DNA of 59,939 bases, from positions 1-59,939 of the forward strand of contig DASTSI010000216.1 in assembly GCA_035760745.1 (NCBI GenBank). Direction: 5' to 3'. The DNA comes from Nitrospira sp. Lineage in GTDB: Bacteria > Nitrospirota > Nitrospiria > Nitrospirales > Nitrospiraceae. Below the pieces are notes generated by a model, which searched no databases, was not told the DNA's origin, and saw only the letters and a list, made by a program, of their open reading frames with translations. Made by a program: the position numbers and the translations under genes. Shown piece by piece: positions 28,477 to 37,027 of the stretch (within the stretch, counting starts at the first letter, position 1; each line of letters opens with the position of its first letter).

Positions 28477-28874
28477 TTCCCTGCGGCGGCAAGGGACGCC
28501 TCTTGCCGTGCGAGCGATTGCCAGCCTTCGCGGAGAGTGACCAGGCATTTCAACGGCCCTTCCAGATGACGCGGATTGTTGCGGAGGTTGGCCCGCAGCA
28601 GCTCGGCCAGCATGTAGTCGTAGAGCCGATAGAGCGACTGTGCGATCTCGCCGCCTTTTTCAAAATCGAGAACGTTCGACAGCTCCGTGACGATCGCGAC
28701 GGCTCGACCCAGAAAACGCGCCTTCTCCTCCGCCTTGCCGTTCTGCATGCCCTCGCACGCGAGCTCCAGCGATTGGATCGCGGAATCGTACAGCAGCACG
28801 ATCAGTTGTACGCGGGAAGTCGTCAGGACGTGCGTCTGCTGGTATTGCCGGGCACCATAGTCGATCGTCATCAT
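28473..28874 (-). CDS. fliS: flagellin chaperone FliS
   Basis: YQQT, LIVLLYD, LDFEKGGEIAQSLYRLYDY, LREGW. Confidence 0.93.
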   Translation of the reverse strand: MMTIDYGARQYQQTHVLTTSRVQLIVLLYDSAIQSLELACEGMQNGKAEEKARFLGRAVAIVTELSNVLDFEKGGEIAQSLYRLYDYMLAELLRANLRNNPRHLEGPLKCLVTLREGWQSLARQEASLAAAGK

Positions 28875-30295
28875 CGGGAGGCTCCAGACGTGGTTGCCAA
28901 CGAGCCACCGCTTTGGGCGTTGGCATTGGCGGTCAGAAATCCCATCTGCCCTTGAATGGTGTTGAGAAGGCTGTCGAGCTGCGCGTATTGGAGTTGAAGG
29001 CGCTGTTGATACTGGTTGATGTATTCCTGTTGGGTGGCGATGCGATCGGTCAAATTTTTGATCTGATCCGTGAGCGAATTCTGCTTCAGGGTCACCGCCC
29101 CCCCTTCCACATCGTCCAATGAGTCCACCGCGGCACTCACCTGCCGGGCGATGCCCGGATTGTCGAGCTGTCCCACGAGGAGGGCCTTCACGTCGGCGTA
29201 GTTCGAATTCAGCGCTGCGGTGAGCGCCGCCTCGTCGATGGTGACCGTGCCGTCGCGGTTCGTTTTGAACCCAAGCTGGCCGACGGTGGCATAGACCGCC
29301 GTTCCGGATACTGTTCCGTTCAGGGCCTGCCGGAGCCTGCCCAAGACCGTCCCCGGCGTGCCTTCGGCGAAGAACGTTCCACCCTGGCTGGTCCGAGCAT
29401 CATAGGTGTTCTTGCTGTTGATGAAGGTCACGACGTCGTTGTAGGCAGTGACCAAGGCTTTGATCTTGGTTTGCACGGCGCTCGGATCCTGTGTCACGCT
29501 GATGTTCACGGTCTCAGGACCCGTCGGCTTTGTCAGCGTCAACGTGACCCCGGGGAGCACGCCCGAGATCGTATTGCTGCCGCGCGTCACGGTGATGGGA
29601 TTCAACGCCGGATCGCCGATCTGTATTTTCGCATCCTGAGCCGCCTGCAGCGTATCAACCCCTCCGGTAAAATTGAGCCCGGTCCCGTCGCTCGTAATGG
29701 TGATGGCATTGCCGGTCCCGGTGCTCGAGGCGGTCAAGATCAGGCGATAGGCAGGCGCCGATTCGCTGCCGGTGTTGACGACAGAGGCGGTCAGGCCGGC
29801 TCCGAGGTTGTTGATGCCGTCGGCCAAGTCCTGGATGTTGGCTCCGGAACTCAACGTGACGGTTTGCACCGAGCCCGCACCGACTTGAAAGGAAAAGACG
29901 GCCGAAGCTCCGCTGACGATGCTGGCCGTTGTGCTGGACACCGCCGTCTCGGCTTTGTTGGCCAGTTGGTGAGCTTGGGCGATCTGCGAAATCCCGACCG
30001 TGTAGTTGCCAGCCGGCACCGTGGATGCGGCCGTGGCCGTCAGAGCGGTGGGATCGCTTACGGTGGCCACGGAACTGTCGTAGCTTCCGATGCCCAAGGC
30101 GCCGGTCGCCGTTTGTAACGCCTGGAGCTTGCCCGTCAGAGTCGTATAGTCCGCGGATTTGGCTGAAAGAGTATTTTGTTCCTGGGTCAGCCGGTTGAGA
30201 GGCGCGGACGCGGCCTGGACCAGCGCATTGATGACCTGCGAATAGTCAAAGCCGTTGCCCAGCCCTCCGAAGCTGACGGTCGGTGAAGTCGTCAC
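28871..30295 (-). CDS. fliD: flagellar filament cap protein FliD
   Basis: GGLGNGFD..VINAL, AAQDA, SNTISGVLPGVTLTL, VTAYND, LQLQYAQLDSLL. Confidence 0.92.
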   Translation of the reverse strand: MTTSPTVSFGGLGNGFDYSQVINALVQAASAPLNRLTQEQNTLSAKSADYTTLTGKLQALQTATGALGIGSYDSSVATVSDPTALTATAASTVPAGNYTVGISQIAQAHQLANKAETAVSSTTASIVSGASAVFSFQVGAGSVQTVTLSSGANIQDLADGINNLGAGLTASVVNTGSESAPAYRLILTASSTGTGNAITITSDGTGLNFTGGVDTLQAAQDAKIQIGDPALNPITVTRGSNTISGVLPGVTLTLTKPTGPETVNISVTQDPSAVQTKIKALVTAYNDVVTFINSKNTYDARTSQGGTFFAEGTPGTVLGRLRQALNGTVSGTAVYATVGQLGFKTNRDGTVTIDEAALTAALNSNYADVKALLVGQLDNPGIARQVSAAVDSLDDVEGGAVTLKQNSLTDQIKNLTDRIATQQEYINQYQQRLQLQYAQLDSLLNTIQGQMGFLTANANAQSGGSLATTSGASR

Positions 30296-30304
30296 GCACG
30301 CTCC

Positions 30305-30649
30305 TTACGCATGTTTCTTGACCAGCAGTCCGTTCAAGCTTTTCAGCTGCTTGGCCAAGTTCACCAATTCTTGCTCGGGAATCTGCCGAATGAGCTTTCC
30401 CGATTCTCTGTCGATGACCTTGACAATGACTCGCCCCAAGTCGGAATCGACCTCCATCTGCAATTGGGGGCCCGCCTGCTGCAATGCTTCCGACACACGT
30501 TTGATGACCTCGCTGATGTCCTTCTGAGCAACTGCTGCAGGCGCTTGCTGACGCCCGGCGGCAGGGCGCGCGGCTTCGCTGGATGGCACCGGCCTTCGGG
30601 ACTCGGCGGGAAGAGGCAGGTCCGGCTTCTGCGTGACGTCCTGGACCAT
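30305..30649 (-). CDS. flaG: FlaG protein
   Basis: VIVKVIDRESGKLIRQIPEQE; located between fliC and fliD. Confidence 0.9.
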   Translation of the reverse strand: MVQDVTQKPDLPLPAESRRPVPSSEAARPAAGRQQAPAAVAQKDISEVIKRVSEALQQAGPQLQMEVDSDLGRVIVKVIDRESGKLIRQIPEQELVNLAKQLKSLNGLLVKKHA

Positions 30650-30667
30650 TTGGCGTTCCTGTTAGAG

Positions 30668-30695
30668 CGGCCCTCCCCGCTTCCGAGGAGGGCCG
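30668..30695 (-). terminator. stem-loop after fliC (no U-tract; weak terminator or mRNA stabiliser)
   Basis: CGGCCCTCCTCG-GAAG-CGGGGAGGGCCG, 12-bp stem with one G-U pair. Confidence 0.6.
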
Positions 30696-30710
30696 GAGTC
30701 GTGCGTCGCG

Positions 30711-31538
30711 TTAGCCTCTGAGCAACGCCAGCGCCTGCTGCGGCAGCGCGTTGGCCTGCGCCAGCACCGCGATGCCGGACTGTACGAGCACCTGATTCTT
30801 CGTGAATTGCGACGTCTCGTATGCCACGTCCGCGTCCTGAATGCGCGAGACGGCTGCGGTGAAGTTCTGACTCGTCACCTGCAAGCTGTCGATCGTGGCC
30901 GCAAAGCGATTCTGCGTCGCGCCGTACGTGGCGCGCGCGGACGCGACCGCGCTGATGGCGCTGTCGAGGTTCCCCAGCGCGCTCTGCGCGTTGGCGGACG
31001 TGGACACGTTCACGGATCCGATGCCCAACGATCCGGTGTCGAGCGCGGCCAAGGTCAGCGACAAGGTGTCGTTTGCGCTGCTCTGATAGCCGACCTGAAT
31101 GCTGAAGCTCAGGGTGCTGCCGCTCAACAAGGCCTGGCCGTTGTACTTCGTCACGTTCGCGATGCGGTCGATTTCGGAACGGAGTGCGACGAACTCCTGA
31201 TCGACGAAGGACCGCTCCGTGTTGCCGAGCACGCCGCTCGCCGATTGCGACGCGAGCTCCCGCATGCGGGTCAGCAGATTGTTGATCGTTCCGGCGACGC
31301 CGTCGGCCACTTGCGTCAAACTGATGCCGTCGTTCGCGTTTCTGGTCGCTTGGTTGATGCTCACGATCTGCGAGTTCAACTTCGAGGCGATGCCCAATCC
31401 GGCGGCGTCGTCGGCGGCTCTGGTGATCCGAAGACCCGACGACAAGTGCTCCACCGACCGGGTCAGCTGGTCGGTGTTCCTCGCCAAGTTGAGCTGCGCC
31501 GCAAGCGATGCGGTGTTGTTGTTCACGACAATGGCCAT
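30711..31538 (-). CDS. fliC: flagellin (275 aa, minimal, no D2/D3)
   Basis: LSSGLRITRAADDAAGL, RNANDGIS, GATQNRF, SRIQDADVA, LAQAN. Confidence 0.97.
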   Translation of the reverse strand: MAIVVNNNTASLAAQLNLARNTDQLTRSVEHLSSGLRITRAADDAAGLGIASKLNSQIVSINQATRNANDGISLTQVADGVAGTINNLLTRMRELASQSASGVLGNTERSFVDQEFVALRSEIDRIANVTKYNGQALLSGSTLSFSIQVGYQSSANDTLSLTLAALDTGSLGIGSVNVSTSANAQSALGNLDSAISAVASARATYGATQNRFAATIDSLQVTSQNFTAAVSRIQDADVAYETSQFTKNQVLVQSGIAVLAQANALPQQALALLRG

Positions 31539-31587
31539 AGCCCCATCCTCCTTGAAACAAACGACTGACTGGTTGAGAACGCCTCAA

Positions 31588-31597
31588 GCATCCGTGC
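31588..31597 (-). promoter_or_regulatory. putative CsrA-binding hairpin in the fliC leader
   Basis: GCA-CGGA-TGC (ANGGA in a loop); further GGA motifs including the SD AAGGAGGA. Confidence 0.6.
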
Positions 31598-31680
31598 CGA
31601 GGAGCATCGGCTGAGACCCGTGTGGTGACTGGTAGCTCCTAGTCTTCCCCACCCTGTCCCAGCAATCCTTCTGACTGCTC

Positions 31681-31708
31681 TTATCGGTCGCGCCCCAGCG
31701 TGACTTGA
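31681..31708 (-). promoter_or_regulatory. sigma-28-type promoter of fliC
   Basis: TCAAG-N15-ACCGATAA. Confidence 0.85.
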
Positions 31709-31768
31709 GTCCGTCAGCCGCGACGCTCAGCGAGTGCCAACGGACACAAACGGACTGGGTCTGCGCCT

Positions 31769-32296
31769 TCACGAAGCGAGGCGGGGCAACAATTCATACT
31801 CCAACAGGTCGGCCATCCGCACACAATCACGATGGGTGCGGGCGTCCATGAGATGCTCGACCCAGGCACTCAGTCCGGCAGAGTGAAAGCCTGGAATCCG
31901 GTGCGCAGCCCCTCGTTCGGTGATCTCCATGTAGTCCGCAAGTTGGCCAAGCCATTGATCGAGGTCCGACAGCGCCAATGCGCCGGTCCGCAGGACCTGC
32001 GTGATGCGTCCGCCTTCCGCTTTCAGCTGCGCCCCGTACTGCGAAACGGCGTCTTTCGCCCCGGACAGGAGATCCGCGGTGGTCGAAGAAACCGCCTCCA
32101 CGGACCCGGCGTCTTTTCCCTTCCGGGCGAGCAGCGAAGGGATCAAGTCCCGGTCGGTGTGAATCCGTCCGCCGATTTTCAACTCGGTGACGATGCGTCC
32201 GCGGCCTCGCGCCTTGTCGCTGACCTGCGCCAGCACTTCCAGCAGCGAAAGATCGTCTCCGACGGTCCAGTGCTCCGAGTCCAGCGTCACCTGCAT
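31769..32296 (-). CDS. hypothetical protein upstream of flagellin
   Basis: 175 aa, RBS GGGAGGAG, C-terminal ADLLEYELLP. Confidence 0.75.
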   Translation of the reverse strand: MQVTLDSEHWTVGDDLSLLEVLAQVSDKARGRGRIVTELKIGGRIHTDRDLIPSLLARKGKDAGSVEAVSSTTADLLSGAKDAVSQYGAQLKAEGGRITQVLRTGALALSDLDQWLGQLADYMEITERGAAHRIPGFHSAGLSAWVEHLMDARTHRDCVRMADLLEYELLPRLAS

Positions 32297-32340
32297 CTTG
32301 GCTCCTCCCTTTCTTTTGCCGATCGGCGGCGGCCCGCGTG

Positions 32341-34008
32341 CTACCGCATGGCGAGCGATGTCGGTCTCGCGGCCGTGCCACGGCCATCTTCAGCCGCCGT
32401 CCTGAGGCGGTCCGCAACCAGCCTCAGCCGGCCCTCCCAGGCCCGATAGGCTTCGAAGTGGCGGCGGGCCATCTGTGCCAGCCCCTCCGCGTCGTTGTTA
32501 TGGACCTCGCGTAAAAACGCCGCGGTCACCGGTGCCAGGAGGGGCATCGTCATGGCCACGGCCACTGCCGCTTGTTGCCGCGTCTGCAGTTCGGCATGGA
32601 GTCGTTGGACTTCCCTCACCGGAACCGGATGCCGGCGACAGAGACTGTGGAGCGTCGCCGACGCAGCGAGGAGGTCCGTGACCGCCGGCACCAACAACTC
32701 CTGAAGTGTCCGGCTTGCGGCCTCGCAATCGGGCGGCGCGCCCTGAGGAGCGGCGGCGAGCGAGGGGCTATTCGTGAACGTTTCGTACCAGAAGCGCCGC
32801 CAGAAGAGCCCGTACCAGTCGGTGCTGGCATCGTCCCTCCCCCGCCGAAGCCTGAACGAACCCAATCCGTCTTCATCAACCGTGGACTCGTAGATCCTCG
32901 CCCCGCCCCGGCACTCCGGCAAGGGACGGGTGCCGAGCGCGTGAAGGCAGAGCGCGGCCACATCCTCGCAAAGCACTTGATCTTTGCAAGCCTGGTGAGG
33001 ACAGACCATATCGAACCCGCAGGGCGCGCAAACCAGCTCAGGCTGAACCACCCAATGACCCTTTCCATAAGGACCGGTTTCCCAAAAGTTGACGTGACCA
33101 ACCGACAAATCGACGACCGGAGTGCCGGCGCCGACCGCTAAATGCATCGGCCCGGTATCGTTCGTGAGCAGGAGCTGGCATTGGGTGAGCAAAGCCGTCA
33201 ACTGCGCCACGGTCGTTCGCCCGAGAGCCTCGCACCAGGGAGCGGTTCCGCCGGCGGCGCGGTACGCGGCCTTCGCCTGTTCCATGGCCGCGGTTTCTTC
33301 CGTCGTTCCGATGAGCAGAAAGCCGACAGCCGAGCGGCGGCTCAGGCATGCCAGCGTCTGTCCAAAATATTCGGGCCGCCAGGCCTTCATCACATCGCTG
33401 GCCCCCACTTGCACGGCGATCCGGGTTCGAACCTTCTGCAACTCGGGCTGCAGGAACGCCGTCGCCCATTCAACCGCTTCCCGCGGCACGTGCAGCGAAA
33501 GGGACACGGCGGGGCCAGGCCCGCTCCCGCCTAAGGCATAGATGTCCACCAAGTTGAACCGGTTGAGCTTCCGAAACGCGTGACAGTCGGTGAAGTAGGA
33601 CAGCCAGGGGTTCCTCACCACGAGCGTGCCGTCGGAAGCCGAAACCACGCCCCGAATGTCCGGCGCATCGATGTAGCCGGCAAGCAAGGCGCTGCGCCGG
33701 TCGAACGTCAAATTGATGATCCGATCGTATCTCGTCTCGACGAGCCGCTTTGTCCACAGTTCCATGTCGCGATAGAAGGCGACGACGTCCTTGACCCTCG
33801 CCCTTGTTTCATCGATGAGCGCGTGGAAATCATAGGCGATCACATGCCGGATGCCGGGCAGCAGGGACGCGACGGACGCGAAGCGCTGGTCCACGATCAC
33901 ATCCACCGATGCGCCGGGCCATTCCTGGTGGAGGCGAGACAGGAGCGCGCCCATCTGCACCAAGTCCCCCATGCGGGTGATATTGAGGATGAGCACCTGG
34001 CGGGTCAT
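32341..34008 (-). CDS. glycosyltransferase family 9 protein with C-terminal extension
   Basis: ITRMGDLVQ, LLTNDTGPMHLA, WETGPYG, CAPC...CPH..C. Confidence 0.88.
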   Translation of the reverse strand: MTRQVLILNITRMGDLVQMGALLSRLHQEWPGASVDVIVDQRFASVASLLPGIRHVIAYDFHALIDETRARVKDVVAFYRDMELWTKRLVETRYDRIINLTFDRRSALLAGYIDAPDIRGVVSASDGTLVVRNPWLSYFTDCHAFRKLNRFNLVDIYALGGSGPGPAVSLSLHVPREAVEWATAFLQPELQKVRTRIAVQVGASDVMKAWRPEYFGQTLACLSRRSAVGFLLIGTTEETAAMEQAKAAYRAAGGTAPWCEALGRTTVAQLTALLTQCQLLLTNDTGPMHLAVGAGTPVVDLSVGHVNFWETGPYGKGHWVVQPELVCAPCGFDMVCPHQACKDQVLCEDVAALCLHALGTRPLPECRGGARIYESTVDEDGLGSFRLRRGRDDASTDWYGLFWRRFWYETFTNSPSLAAAPQGAPPDCEAASRTLQELLVPAVTDLLAASATLHSLCRRHPVPVREVQRLHAELQTRQQAAVAVAMTMPLLAPVTAAFLREVHNNDAEGLAQMARRHFEAYRAWEGRLRLVADRLRTAAEDGRGTAARPTSLAMR

Positions 34009-35822
34009 GCGAGATCCCGCGTTTGAACGCGATATTCGTCCAACATGAGGATGAGCAGCTCCTGGCGCGAGAGCCTCGCCGTCGGTCCGCGCCGGCGTAT
34101 CGCGCCGGCGACATGCTCGAGTTCCACCCGCTGGGCAGCGGGAAACTGACGCAGCAGGGGAACCAGTTCCGGCGCGTCTCCGCATCGCTCGCGAAGAGCA
34201 CCGGCGTTCCGATCGCCGCGCAGCAGGGCGCCCACCCGGTCGGGCTGGCTCATCCCGACCCGCGTGAGGAGGTCCTTCATCCGATGGACATACGTATGCT
34301 CCTCGAGCACGCGCCGCCTGGCCGCTTGCGCCATGGTTGCGCGGAGCTCCGGTTCGCGCAGCGCGGTCCGGATGCGCGGTACAAGCTCCTCTGCATCCTC
34401 AAACGTCGCGATCTCATCTCCCGTGAAATGACCATCCAGGAGGGAGCGCCGATCAACCAGCTGGTATGCGCCGCAGGCGGCGAGCTCGAAGGTCCGCGGA
34501 TTCACAAAGTCAGCCTCCGGGTCGAGCCCTTTCCCCGTGTGGGAGTGCAGGTTGAGGTTGACGGTCGTCGCGTTAAAGACTTTCACGCAAGTCTCCGTAT
34601 CGATCCGCACCCCGCGTCGTTGGAGCACCGGCGCCAGCGCGCCGGGCTCGTCCCATTCGTTTCCCCACAACTTAAAGACCCACTCCCGGCTGATGAGGCG
34701 CGGCAGGATCTCCCGTCGGTTGGCATAGCCCGCGCCGACGAATGACACATCGGCGAGGAATTCCGTCTGTTCGGACGGCGTGAGCGCCAGCGGACGATGC
34801 ACGGACGGATCCGCGGCCATGGGCAAATACTCGACTTGTTTCGCACCGGCACGGCGCAGGGCGTCGAGGCACCCGGCTTGTTGAATCACGAACCAAAAAT
34901 CGAAGCCCAGCGCCATCTGCTGCCAGTAGGTCAAATGCCGGTAGTTCTCGACGAACCACATCGCCGTCACGAACTGTTTTTTCCGCAGATGCTCGAGGAC
35001 CGGCAGCGTCATGGGCGCTTGCGCCATCGCGAGCACCAGATCGGGCGGCCGCTCGGCCAGCCGCACGAGGGTCAACTGGCTCAAATAATCGGCGAACTTA
35101 CTCCGCATCACCTGCTGATGGCGCGATTCCTTGAGAACGCCCAGCGAATGGTAGCTCGCGGCATGCGCGCTGTGGTCAATCCAGTCGACGTCGTGCCCGA
35201 GTGACCGCAAGGCAGCGACGACGTATCCGGTGACCGGTAACGAGCCGCCGTAAATAGGGCCGATGACGGCGATTCGAAGCTGTCCTCCGGCTTCTCGTGC
35301 GGCATCACGCCGTATCGCCTGCTCCACGGCGCCGTAGCAATCTCCCTGTATTTGAACCGCCGGGTCATAGCTCACGATCGTGATCGGCTTGCCCGTTGCC
35401 AGGATCTGACGCGCCATGGAGCGGGGCTCGCCCCAAACCCAATTGATGCGCGTCGCCCAAGCCCCCCAGGGTCGGGCTGCACAGGCATCATGAAACTCAG
35501 CCAAATTAGGAACCGCGACGTGGATCTGCGCCGCCGAGGGAAGCGTGCGGCACAGCATTTCGACATGGTAGAGCAGGCCGACGCCGAAAACGACGATGGC
35601 CTCGTCATCCCGGCAAGCAGGCCGATGGGCCTCCGACCACGTCCCCGCCTCTTTGATCGGATCATAGGCACTGTGAACGAACCGGCCCTGCACACGGGCT
35701 GACGGGAGACCGGATTGAGCCGGCGTGATTTCCAGGTATCCGCCTCCGGCGTTTCGCACCGCGGCCAGAAAGGCCGGCCCGGCGCCAGCGACGAGCCGAA
35801 GGTTTGATTCGAACGTATTCAT
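34005..35822 (-). CDS. CgeB-type (Glyco_trans_1_2) glycosyltransferase with Maf-like N-terminal domain
   Basis: VHSAYDPIKEA..VFGVGLLYH N-terminus; YLPMAADP, DVSFVG, NPRTFELAACG, EHTYVHRM. Confidence 0.82.
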   Translation of the reverse strand: MNTFESNLRLVAGAGPAFLAAVRNAGGGYLEITPAQSGLPSARVQGRFVHSAYDPIKEAGTWSEAHRPACRDDEAIVVFGVGLLYHVEMLCRTLPSAAQIHVAVPNLAEFHDACAARPWGAWATRINWVWGEPRSMARQILATGKPITIVSYDPAVQIQGDCYGAVEQAIRRDAAREAGGQLRIAVIGPIYGGSLPVTGYVVAALRSLGHDVDWIDHSAHAASYHSLGVLKESRHQQVMRSKFADYLSQLTLVRLAERPPDLVLAMAQAPMTLPVLEHLRKKQFVTAMWFVENYRHLTYWQQMALGFDFWFVIQQAGCLDALRRAGAKQVEYLPMAADPSVHRPLALTPSEQTEFLADVSFVGAGYANRREILPRLISREWVFKLWGNEWDEPGALAPVLQRRGVRIDTETCVKVFNATTVNLNLHSHTGKGLDPEADFVNPRTFELAACGAYQLVDRRSLLDGHFTGDEIATFEDAEELVPRIRTALREPELRATMAQAARRRVLEEHTYVHRMKDLLTRVGMSQPDRVGALLRGDRNAGALRERCGDAPELVPLLRQFPAAQRVELEHVAGAIRRRGPTARLSRQELLILMLDEYRVQTRDLA

Positions 35823-37027
35823 GAGGCCACCCTCGCAACGGCCTTCGCTGCTTGCGGGTCACCCATACAATCCCTCCATACCTGCTCGCGTTCCGCTCGC
35901 GAAGAATCCCGTTCACCGGCCCGGCTGTAGGAGGCCCCCCATTCATCGACGTGCCCCTTCCACAGTTGCCACCCGTCGCGGAGGGAGGCCTCGGGCACGT
36001 CGGAGTGTTCCTCGGAGCGTTCGAGGACCAATGAGACACTTTCCACCACGGGCCACGTCGCAGGAGCATAATCGGGTGCCTGCCAGATCCAGTGCCCTTC
36101 CCCGTAGGGACCGGTTTCGTGAACCCGGGCCCGAGCAAAATAGAATCCCATCGTCCTGGTTCCCACTGCAGCGGCAAGATGCAACGATCCTGTGTCGCTG
36201 CCCGTCACCCACTGGCATCGCCCAAGGAGCGAGGCGAGCTGCAGCAGGTCGGTGCGTCCGCTGGCGTCCCACAAGCGTCCGAGGAGCAGCGGCGGCAGAC
36301 CCTCTCGGATCGCGCGAGCCCGCGCAAGCTCTCCGCCGGTCCCGATCAAGACGACTCGGCAGTCGGGATCCGCGTCGAGCAAGCGGGTGATCCATTGCGC
36401 CCAAACCAGAGGAGGCAGACAGCGGGCCAGATCTCCCGCTCCGACGATCACGCCGATCCATCGCGCATTGCCGTCTCCGATGCAGCCGAGGTCAGAGGGC
36501 AATTCGACGGCCGGCCGCGACAGTGTCGGGGACACGCCCGGAGGCCTGACCCCGCACATCCCACAGAAGATGTCTGACAAATGGACGTGGTTGGGACGCC
36601 GCTCGCGGGCGACTTGCCTGAGATAGCGGTGCCAGGCAGGGAGATCTTCACTGATCGGTCCGGCGTAGCCCGGTCCGACGACCATGCCGGCGAGCAAATG
36701 AGCGGCCAGTATGGCGCGTGGATGTTGATTGAGATTGTAGGCCCTGTCGTAGCTCGCCGACGCGCTGATCTCGCGAAGATACGCCTCTCCCGCGGCAAGA
36801 ATCGCCGCGGGTCTGCTAGGCCAATCGCCGACCCAACGGCGCCATCGATCGGCATCCCAGGGCAGCACCCGGTCGATACCCGGGAAGAGGGAGACGATGG
36901 CGGCCAAGGCGCCGCCGCACAGCAGGTCGAGCGTCTCGTGCGGCTTCCGTGCACCGAGAGACGCAATGGCAGGGAGGGTCTGCATCAGATCGCCCAGCCG
37001 CGCGAGTTGAATGACGAGTGACTTCAT
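35819..37027 (-). CDS. glycosyltransferase family 9 protein
   Basis: QLARLGDLMQT, GRTDL, SDTGSLHLA, HETGPYG. Confidence 0.85.
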   Translation of the reverse strand: MKSLVIQLARLGDLMQTLPAIASLGARKPHETLDLLCGGALAAIVSLFPGIDRVLPWDADRWRRWVGDWPSRPAAILAAGEAYLREISASASYDRAYNLNQHPRAILAAHLLAGMVVGPGYAGPISEDLPAWHRYLRQVARERRPNHVHLSDIFCGMCGVRPPGVSPTLSRPAVELPSDLGCIGDGNARWIGVIVGAGDLARCLPPLVWAQWITRLLDADPDCRVVLIGTGGELARARAIREGLPPLLLGRLWDASGRTDLLQLASLLGRCQWVTGSDTGSLHLAAAVGTRTMGFYFARARVHETGPYGEGHWIWQAPDYAPATWPVVESVSLVLERSEEHSDVPEASLRDGWQLWKGHVDEWGASYSRAGERDSSRAEREQVWRDCMGDPQAAKAVARVAS

